DNA of 63,919 nucleotides, counting the filler. It is 5 parts of 5 records of this genome, joined end to end, with 100 filler letters (N's around TTAATTAATTAA, not from the genome) between each part and the next. Parts side by side here need not be neighbours in the genome. Positions count along the whole stretch, not along the records: positions 54,677 to 63,919 come from SRR31156797_8325; 4 more parts are not named here. The stretch is one strand, 5' to 3'. Below are positions 56,669 through 63,919 of the stretch, piece by piece. The notes under the pieces were generated by a model. It did not search any database. It saw only the letters and a list, made by a program, of their open reading frames with translations, and had not been told where the DNA came from. The first letter of the stretch is position 1. Each line of letters begins with the position of its first letter. The translations under genes were made by a program, and so were the position numbers.

Positions 56669-56769
56669 AAATTTGTTCGGTATTTGAATTAATACAATGA
56701 TTTTTTACCTGAATGATGGTTCAGGTGAAGATTGACAGGGATGTGCGCCAACACATTCCTGTTTTTTTT
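56668..56769 (+). ncRNA. Putative cis-antisense sRNA to the susC leader (DonS-like), with promoter and terminator
   Basis: Bacteroidota -7 element TAAATTTG (56668-56675) overlaps the susC start codon. Hairpin at 56704-56729. Terminator ACAGGGATGTG-CGCCAA-CACATTCCTGT plus a T-run at 56735-56769. Confidence 0.55.
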
Positions 56770-56821
56770 AGTTAGTTTATTTCATAAGCTTCTAATTTTA
56801 AGTTCGACGTTTGATTTGTTT

Positions 56822-57862
56822 TTATTTGATTGTTAGAATTACTTTTCGTTTCGTAAAAGAATCATCGTTTAGTTTTTGGGCTGAAATTATTTCGTATTGC
56901 ATCTGAGAAGACAAACAAAGCAATTTAAATACCTGTTCCAGTGATTCATCTAAAAAAGTTGCTGTGAACCTGTAATCCAATAGTTTTTCATCATTAATTA
57001 CAATATCAACATTATACCACTTTTGTAAGCGTTGAACAACCAATGACAAGGGATCATTAAAAAAGACGATCTTTCCTTCTTTCCAGGCAGTATATTTATA
57101 CATGTGTTTTTCTTTCGAATGGTAAAGTTTTCTGTCTGAAGTATTAAACTCTACCACATCGTTTGGTTTTAGCACCATCAGTTCCTTTTCTTCTGCCTGA
57201 ATTCTGTTTACAAGACTTACTTTTCCTTCCAGCAAAGCAACGGTCATCGTTCCGTCTTTTTCGTATGCATTTACATTAAATGAGGTACCGTAAACTTTAA
57301 CGCCCAATGCCGAAGTGTTTACGATAAAAGGGATTTTCTCATCCTGAGTCACGTCAAAAAAACCTTCGCCGTTTAATTCAACTTCCCTGTTTTTGGCATT
57401 ATTGAATGTATTTGGGAAACGTAATGAACTTCCGGAATTCAACCAAACATTGGTTCCATCGGCCAGTGTAACTTTAGTTTGTGTTCCAAAAGTAGCCTTG
57501 ATTTCCTGAAAAATGGTTTCCTGTACTACACCTTTATCGTTTGCAGGATTCAAATACTGATAAAAGAAAGAAAGGGCAATTGATAACAACAATACAGCTG
57601 CAGCTTGTCTTGCATAAATAATCCATTTTGTTTTTTTACGAAATCCAATGTATTGCTTGGTTCTTTTTAGCGAGGTTTCAACATCAATTTTATCCGATAA
57701 AAACAGGTCTTTTGATTTATCCCACAACTCAGAAACAGCCATGTATTCCTTTTTATTCTCTTCTGATTCATTTATCCAGCTATCAAGTATATTCTGTTCC
57801 GGGGAACTAATTGTACCGGCAAGTCGCTTTGAAATTAATTGATCTATATCTTGTTGTTTCAC
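56822..57862 (-). CDS. FecR family anti-sigma factor
   Basis: One TM helix. Motifs LADGTNVWLNSGS, REVELNGEGFFDV, VYGTSFNV and AWKEG. Confidence 0.92.
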   Translation of the reverse strand: MKQQDIDQLISKRLAGTISSPEQNILDSWINESEENKKEYMAVSELWDKSKDLFLSDKIDVETSLKRTKQYIGFRKKTKWIIYARQAAAVLLLSIALSFFYQYLNPANDKGVVQETIFQEIKATFGTQTKVTLADGTNVWLNSGSSLRFPNTFNNAKNREVELNGEGFFDVTQDEKIPFIVNTSALGVKVYGTSFNVNAYEKDGTMTVALLEGKVSLVNRIQAEEKELMVLKPNDVVEFNTSDRKLYHSKEKHMYKYTAWKEGKIVFFNDPLSLVVQRLQKWYNVDIVINDEKLLDYRFTATFLDESLEQVFKLLCLSSQMQYEIISAQKLNDDSFTKRKVILTIK

Positions 57863-57888
57863 GTTCTTTTTATCCTTTTTTATTTCAT

Positions 57889-57916
57889 AGACGAGAATGA
57901 CAAGGGAATACCCTAC
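57889..57916 (-). promoter_or_regulatory. Putative ECF-sigma promoter for fecR-susC
   Basis: GTAGGGTA-N15-CGTCT upstream of fecR resembles Bacteroidota PUL ECF promoters as I recall them. Confidence 0.35.
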
Positions 57917-58012
57917 GCCAGAATAGTAAAAAAAATCAGAAAACTTTAATTGATTAAAGAAAGAGTCTCATCTCTGCGTATTTTTCTGTTTAACTGCTCT
58001 CAATAGTGTATG

Positions 58013-58591
58013 TTAGAATTTTGAGATCTTATATAGAATAAGTAATAGTGGAAGATAGTCTTTTAGTTCTTTTCGCAATATTCGTAAAGATCTGCCAACC
58101 AATGCCTCTACTGCTTTTACAGAAATATTCATTTTTTCAGCTATTTCCTTGTAAGTTAACCCATCCATTCTGCTGTATTCAAAGGCTTCCCTACTCCTTT
58201 CTGGCAAAAGATCGAGTGCAAGTAACAACTTTTCCTCAAAATCACGGATCACTACCAGTTCTTCCGAGTTGTTTAGTGCATCGCCATTTTCCTGGCCTTT
58301 TTCATATCGTTCAAAGTTTTTTAAACTTCGCAGATAGTCAATACATTTATTTCGAACCATAAACGTTAAATAGGCTGATAAATTTTTTATCTGGTTCGCC
58401 TCGTCACGGTTCTCCCAAAGTTTTATAAAACATTCCTGAACAAGGCTTTGAGACTTATCTAAATCTTTGATGTAAAGGTTGGCCTGAACACAAAGTTTTT
58501 TATAATGTTTTCGAAAAATAAAATCAAAAGCTTTCTCCTGCCCATACTTAAGTTCGGATAACAGGTATTCGTTCTGATTTTGCTCTGGCAC
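58013..58591 (-). CDS. ECF RNA polymerase sigma-70 factor (Bacteroidota PUL type)
   Basis: LVQECFIKLWE, VRNKCIDYLR and LP...REAF..SR.DGLTYKEIAE. Confidence 0.92.
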   Translation of the reverse strand: MPEQNQNEYLLSELKYGQEKAFDFIFRKHYKKLCVQANLYIKDLDKSQSLVQECFIKLWENRDEANQIKNLSAYLTFMVRNKCIDYLRSLKNFERYEKGQENGDALNNSEELVVIRDFEEKLLLALDLLPERSREAFEYSRMDGLTYKEIAEKMNISVKAVEALVGRSLRILRKELKDYLPLLLILYKISKF

Positions 58592-58755
58592 GTTTACTTA
58601 GATTAGTTCTTTGAGAATGCAAGATAGCAAATCATCTTTATTAACTAAAAGATTTCTTTGCCTTGACATGAAATCAGAAACAAAGTCAGTAAATCAGAAA
58701 CTCCATCCATAGCCTTTCTGATTTATTGAAAATGATTTTGGAGCTTAAACAGAAA

Positions 58756-60417
58756 CTACTGATTTAGAAAATTCTTTAAACTTAGAAGTGAGGTCTGAAA
58801 CGGAGGGCCACAATGCACTGCTTCATGATCGACATATAAAGTTGGGCAACAAGGATTGTCCTTTTTCAACTGCTCCCATTCTTTCCACTTCTCCTGGTAG
58901 TTTCGAATACATTGCTGAGCATAGGTCTTGTCTATTTCCATTCCCGCCTCTAATTCTGCCAAAATAAGCTGTATGCGCCACACTTGGGCCAGTATCTCGT
59001 ATTTAATTCTTCCGTAGCTTGTTGAAACTTCCAGGAATTTCTGATCTTCAGGATTGCTCAGTTGAATCTCAGCAGCCAGTTTCTCCATTTTATACCACGA
59101 TTTCAGGTATTGTTCCTTTTCCTCAATTACTTTATTCTGAACCTTTTTTTCAACGGCTTCATTCAGGTTAATAACAGTTATATAGTGGTCGCGCACCCAC
59201 CACGGATTGTTCCCCAGGTGTTTGCTTTCCTGGCCGTAATAAACCGCATCGGTTGAGAGTAAGCAGAGTTCCCGAAATTTCTGAGCATCTTCTGCTGATA
59301 ACGCCAATTGATTTTGAGCATATTCAAAAAATATGTCTTCTTCCGTTTGGTTGGGATTTAACACGTATGACCTTATAATATATTCATTCAGGTTAATCCA
59401 TAATTCGTTACCAAAATAGGGCCCTACCCAACCATCGCCCCAGGTCCAGATCCAGAATCCTTTAATCTTTGGATCATCAATTAAATCGCGAATCCCTTTT
59501 GGCTTTTCCATTTCAGACCAATTCTCAATAATTCCTTTTCCGATGTAATACGGATGACTATTGCGTCCATAACAACCCGCCTGGTTTGTCGATAACTCAA
59601 TAATTTGTTGATGTTCTCCAAGCCCTATTGTTTTATTAAACGGGAATCCACGATTAAAATCGTAGTTGGTATGTTTTACCGATAAAAATAAATTGGGATG
59701 TGGTTCAACGGCATTTGTAGCTTTTAAATAAAGTTCGGGCTGCGTATGCAAATAGCCAAAATCCCAGGTTCGGTAAAACAACTTTTTATTTCTTTTCACA
59801 CATACTTCCTCTCTTAAAATGTTTATTAGAAGCGAATGATCTTCAGGCGTGTAAACCGGCCGGGTACCGCGGTGAAAAGGAGTATCGTGTAAGTAAGTTT
59901 CGCCAAAACGAATGGTTAATCCACCAATTTTTGGGAAGCGCCAAAAAATCTCATCAAGCTGTGCTTTCAGAATCTCCTGTGTCCTTTCTTTTTGAATTGA
60001 CAATTTGCCATCCAATTTCATTTCATCCCCATACTTTTCCAGTATGGTTTGCGGAATAACAAGCACATCGGTAAAAGGATACATGGGGAGCCCCGCTTTT
60101 TCGGCATTGTTTACTAATACTTCAATTTCGGCAGCATGTCTTTCAATCCACATACGTTCTTCAGACTTCAGCGGTATTACGTTTTCCTGCCAGTTATCAT
60201 AGGTTAAAGCACATTGAATTTCAACCTTTGGCACCTGCCCCGTATATCCTTTCTCCTTTAAGAAAGCCGGTTCGGTATATTGTGTTTCAAATTTGGGTTC
60301 GCCAGGGTTGTGGTGCACCATGTTTAATAATATCGGGTAGCGCAAATTCTCTTCTTTTTGCTTACATGCAACAAAAAAGACAAGTAAAAGGATAAAAACT
60401 GAAACTCTTTTCAACAT
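58756..60417 (-). CDS. Uncharacterised PUL lipoprotein, possible glycoside hydrolase
   Basis: Lipobox FVAC. Segments VHHNPGE, RFGETYLHD.P.H, YRTWD and W.WTWGDGW.GPY. Confidence 0.7.
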   Translation of the reverse strand: MLKRVSVFILLLVFFVACKQKEENLRYPILLNMVHHNPGEPKFETQYTEPAFLKEKGYTGQVPKVEIQCALTYDNWQENVIPLKSEERMWIERHAAEIEVLVNNAEKAGLPMYPFTDVLVIPQTILEKYGDEMKLDGKLSIQKERTQEILKAQLDEIFWRFPKIGGLTIRFGETYLHDTPFHRGTRPVYTPEDHSLLINILREEVCVKRNKKLFYRTWDFGYLHTQPELYLKATNAVEPHPNLFLSVKHTNYDFNRGFPFNKTIGLGEHQQIIELSTNQAGCYGRNSHPYYIGKGIIENWSEMEKPKGIRDLIDDPKIKGFWIWTWGDGWVGPYFGNELWINLNEYIIRSYVLNPNQTEEDIFFEYAQNQLALSAEDAQKFRELCLLSTDAVYYGQESKHLGNNPWWVRDHYITVINLNEAVEKKVQNKVIEEKEQYLKSWYKMEKLAAEIQLSNPEDQKFLEVSTSYGRIKYEILAQVWRIQLILAELEAGMEIDKTYAQQCIRNYQEKWKEWEQLKKDNPCCPTLYVDHEAVHCGPPFQTSLLSLKNFLNQ

Positions 60418-60573
60418 GATAATTATTTTTACGTATTAAGATATAAGTATTGAATAATTTTGAACCATCTCAATACTTAAATTGTATTTCCATAATTATT
60501 TGTATTCTGAAGTTCGTTCTCCCCAGAACTGGCGGCATTCTATTTTAATCGTATTCTTCTTTTAAGTTCCGGT

Positions 60574-62820
60574 TTAGCGAACTGTAATCTCGTCAATAAA
60601 TAACCAGGCTTTTGATCCGGCTCCGGCATGCCATTCCGGACAAATCTCAATATTTTTAGCCACCACTCTTACGTAACGTGCTTTTACGTTTTTCACCTCC
60701 GAGTCAAAGGTTTGAATTTTAGTTATTCCTCTGTAATTCTGAACTTCATTTTTACTTTTCTCCAGGCTGTTCTCATTGTTCATTTTAATATTGCCACTAA
60801 AATTAACGCCATCCGAAGAAAAAGAATATTCCACAAATTCGGGAGCAAAAACACTGGCCTTTACATGTTTAAAATAATTTGACGAGACAAAATTTATCTC
60901 CTGTTCATCTCCCAAATCAACAACTACATCAAGATCATTGTGCTCGAAGCCTTGCCAGTTTCCATCGGAGTAGCTTAAATTGCCATTTACCCCATCAATT
61001 AGCGTTAATTCATTACGCGCCTGGTATTTTTCGCTGTAAGCCTTGTTATATTTTACTGTATAATTTGCCTTGCTATACGTTGCAGTACTCATCAGGCTCT
61101 TTTTATTATCAGAACAAACAACCAAAGCATTAATTGTTGTTGATTGATTAATGGTAAGTGCTCCCTTATACAATTCTGATTTTTCTGTTGGAATGCTTCC
61201 ATCAAGCGTAAAATAGATTTTTGAAACTTTTGTATCGCTCTTCAGTTGAACTTTTATTTCATCTCGGAAAGAACAGGCTGATGGTTCAAAACTCACCTCG
61301 GGAGGCGACCTAAAAACACCAATAGTTGATAGCTGCGGTGTTGAACGACTTTCTTCAATGGTCATTCTAATTCTGTCGGTTTTTACTTCCTGAAATTTGA
61401 AAAGTCTTTTATATCCTACCGTGGTACCTTCAACAAAAGTCTCCCACTTTTTTCCAGTAAAATATTCCAGGTAGTATTTTTCAATTCGCTGTCCTTCCAA
61501 AATATTTTCCTGCAACATTAAAGTATTAAAAGATTGTTTTTTAGCTAACTCAATTTCAGCTACCATAGGTTTCTCCGTACTTTTCGGACTCCAGTACGTC
61601 TCGTTGTTGTTATCGAGTAATCCTTTTACTGAATGCTTTTTTACTTCGTTATCGAATTTTATTTTAGCTTTTGACACCAGGTTCTTATTAAAAGTATTGT
61701 CCAGGATATACCTCATTCCTTTCAAACTTTTGATATCTGCATCTGGTACAAGTCCACGTTTATCAGGTGTAATATTTAACAACAGTACTCCGTTTAAACC
61801 TACCGAATTGTAGTAAATATCGACCAGTTTTTGCGGGGTTTTAACCTGGTGGTCGTCTTCTTTTGCATAAAACCAACCCGGCCTAATCGACACATCAATT
61901 TCGGCCGGATACCAAACCAGGTTTTCAGCCTTTTTCAAAATTTCCCGACTACCTAAATCTTCATCCATTAAATTTCGGGGTACAAAAGCTCCTTCAACGT
62001 CTCCTTGCTGCGAACCGGCTGCTATATCATCCTGATTTGTTGCATTACCGGGTAACACACTCCATTCGGTATGCCTTCCATAGCCTGATTCTGTTCCCAC
62101 CCAGCGTACATCGGGTCCCATAACGGCAATCACGGCATTGGGTTGAAGCTTGCGAATTAAACTATAATATTCATCCCAATAATAATTTTGTACAGTTCTA
62201 TCACCATGACCATCAAACCAAACTTCGGATATTTCGCCATAATTGGTTAGGAGTTCTGTTAGTTGGCCGATAAGAACTTTATTATAGGCATCCGTTCCAA
62301 AGGTGGGTTCGTGTTTATCCCAGGGCGAAACATATACACCAAATTTAAGACCTGCTTCGGCACATGCCTCCGCAACATCGCGAACCAAATCGCCTTTGCC
62401 ATCCTGAAACGGGGTTTTAGAAATATTGTATGCTGTACACTTACTGGGCCAGTTACAAAGCCCGTCGGAATGTTTTGCAGTAAAAACCACAAGCTTCATT
62501 CCTGCTTCCTTCAATACACGAATCCATTGTTTTACATCAATTTCTTTTGGATTAAATTGAGTAATATCAGCCTCGCGTTTTTCAAAACCATCATCGTCGA
62601 AAGTTCGAACACCAAAATGAATAAATGCCGTTAACTCAAGTTTTTGCCAATCGTATTGACGTTTTGAAGGAACTATATTCGAAGCTTTTAATACGATGTC
62701 TTCCTCCGTATCTGTAGGAAGTATTGTGATGTAATTTTTACCCACATCGTAAACAGCATCTTGCGCATAACCTGCCAAAGAAAGATAAATCAGAAAACCC
62801 AATAAGGACAGAAATTTCAT
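60574..62820 (-). CDS. GH29 alpha-L-fucosidase with F5/8-type and FN3-associated domains
   Basis: Motifs FIHFG, TAKHSDG, GVYVSPWD, EVWFDG, DVRWVGTESG and SIRPGWFY. Start at ATG 62820. Confidence 0.92.
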   Translation of the reverse strand: MKFLSLLGFLIYLSLAGYAQDAVYDVGKNYITILPTDTEEDIVLKASNIVPSKRQYDWQKLELTAFIHFGVRTFDDDGFEKREADITQFNPKEIDVKQWIRVLKEAGMKLVVFTAKHSDGLCNWPSKCTAYNISKTPFQDGKGDLVRDVAEACAEAGLKFGVYVSPWDKHEPTFGTDAYNKVLIGQLTELLTNYGEISEVWFDGHGDRTVQNYYWDEYYSLIRKLQPNAVIAVMGPDVRWVGTESGYGRHTEWSVLPGNATNQDDIAAGSQQGDVEGAFVPRNLMDEDLGSREILKKAENLVWYPAEIDVSIRPGWFYAKEDDHQVKTPQKLVDIYYNSVGLNGVLLLNITPDKRGLVPDADIKSLKGMRYILDNTFNKNLVSKAKIKFDNEVKKHSVKGLLDNNNETYWSPKSTEKPMVAEIELAKKQSFNTLMLQENILEGQRIEKYYLEYFTGKKWETFVEGTTVGYKRLFKFQEVKTDRIRMTIEESRSTPQLSTIGVFRSPPEVSFEPSACSFRDEIKVQLKSDTKVSKIYFTLDGSIPTEKSELYKGALTINQSTTINALVVCSDNKKSLMSTATYSKANYTVKYNKAYSEKYQARNELTLIDGVNGNLSYSDGNWQGFEHNDLDVVVDLGDEQEINFVSSNYFKHVKASVFAPEFVEYSFSSDGVNFSGNIKMNNENSLEKSKNEVQNYRGITKIQTFDSEVKNVKARYVRVVAKNIEICPEWHAGAGSKAWLFIDEITVR

Positions 62821-63100
62821 AATAAACACTTTTATAATCTATTCATTTGTTATGCAAGCAATAACCAGGTTATCAGCATTTATTAACTGCAACAAACCAT
62901 TACAAAACCCGATACAAAGCATACTAAAATTGGGATAAGAAAAATTATCCTTTTTTCTTTTTGTACTTCAGTCAGCTGGTTGGTTATTCTTTGCTTTAAG
63001 TGTTGCAAGTTACAAAAGTTATATAATAATTAAACAAGGTCTCTTATGTTATTATTTTATTTAATAAGTTGATAAAATCAAAATCCTTTGCAACAGAATT

Positions 63101-63919
63101 CTACTCATTATTTGAATTTAGTTTAAGGTGAAGTGCATGTCCTCCCCCTTCTTTCATGGTAATTTCAAGCTTTGTTGTTGAATCAACCTGTTCTTTGCGA
63201 ATTTTATAGGATTCTTTATTATGCAGAAAATGGGAATCTTCTGCATCTTCGTAAAAAGTTGCTTCGTATTTTGTATTTTCAGGCAAGAAGCTTAAGTCCA
63301 GGTTGATTGTGCGTCTTTCACGGTTGGTAAGCGATCCGACAAACCAGTCATCTCCGGCTTTGCGGGCAATACTTACATATTCATCCAATTGGGCATCAAG
63401 TACTTTAAACTCGTCGAATTGGGCGGGCATCTTTCGGATGCAGTCAAACAAATCGTCTTTCTTTAAATACTCTTCAGGGCTATCGGGCAGTACCATACAA
63501 CCGGTATAAATTATAATGAGTTTTGCCACTTCGGCAGTTACTGTTCCTGGAATTTCCTTGAATACTCTTTCTCTCGAATGTGCATTATTTAATCCAAACC
63601 AGCCGTTTGTTAAATCCAGTGGGCCGGCAATCATGTTAATCAAAGCTTGGTTAACGGCTGTTTCCGGAAAGTAAGAACGTTTAGCATCCGCTTGTGCATG
63701 ACCATATTCTTTGGTAAACAAATTTGGGTATGTCCTGCGATCTCCGCTCGGTGCAATTGGGCCATCATGAAAGTTAACAGTAAGTTTGTATTTGGCACAC
63801 AACTCAACAACTTCGCGTGTGTGTTTAACCTTATCCTCGGGATTTCCAGTCATAAAACCATATTTTACACCCGCTGCACCCCATTCTGAAAATTGTTTTA
63901 ACACCCTTTCCAATCCAAA
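63101..63919 (-). CDS. GH97 glycoside hydrolase (5' truncated by the window end)
   Basis: WG..GVK.GF, VNFH, RTYPN..T.E and AGPLD.T.G, plus the GH97 C-terminal domain (ARK..DDWFVG). Confidence 0.85.
   Translation of the reverse strand, partial: FGLERVLKQFSEWGAAGVKYGFMTGNPEDKVKHTREVVELCAKYKLTVNFHDGPIAPSGDRRTYPNLFTKEYGHAQADAKRSYFPETAVNQALINMIAGPLDLTNGWFGLNNAHSRERVFKEIPGTVTAEVAKLIIIYTGCMVLPDSPEEYLKKDDLFDCIRKMPAQFDEFKVLDAQLDEYVSIARKAGDDWFVGSLTNRERRTINLDLSFLPENTKYEATFYEDAEDSHFLHNKESYKIRKEQVDSTTKLEITMKEGGGHALHLKLNSNNE

Noticed and set aside
3930-63889. Many 60-200 aa ORFs antisense to or nested in long genes (e.g. 3930-4502, 29472-29921, 34683-35213, 46615-47211)
   Set aside because: They are shadow frames of well-supported genes, with no RBS or motif support.
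1-63919. CRISPR arrays, tRNA/rRNA genes, prophage, intact transposases or defence systems
   Set aside because: I saw no regularly spaced direct repeats, cloverleaf or rRNA signatures, or corresponding protein motifs. The NYN-LOTUS gene sits in an ordinary context.

Overview
The window is not one locus. It is five contigs joined by artificial 100-nt N-TTAATTAATTAA-N linkers, and the contigs come from several different bacteria. (1) 1-11284, very AT-rich and Arcobacter-like (Campylobacterota): a MarR-controlled TolC/MFP/RND efflux operon with TetR, YqaA, DMTs, SRP RNA, queF and an FqrB-like reductase. (2) 11385-27604, Bacteroidota: an acyl-CoA dehydrogenase, a five-gene mevalonate cluster with no HMG-CoA synthase, a pectin-type GH65-like/GH105/GH28/GH28 cluster and valS. 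(3) 27705-34303, Desulfobacterota-like: a probable iron-starvation locus with FpvJ-like and DUF4198 periplasmic proteins, two small membrane proteins, a DtxR-family repressor, DUF2325 and flavodoxin. Its promoters carry repeated TTAG-N6-CTAA-type boxes. (4) 34404-54576, Desulfobacterota-like: a C-GCAxxG-C-C selenoprotein hidden by an in-frame TGA with a SECIS hairpin, selO, ridA, pncAB, an atypical DsrC-like protein, a hybrid kinase, a glutamate-synthase remnant and a sulfatase. (5) 54677-63919, Bacteroidota: a PUL with GH97, GH29, an unknown lipoprotein, ECF sigma, FecR and SusC, plus a probable antisense sRNA at the susC start. The best candidates for new biology are the DtxR-type iron regulon, the selenoprotein and the antisense sRNA. 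Taxonomy and family calls come from sequence recognition only; no searches were run.
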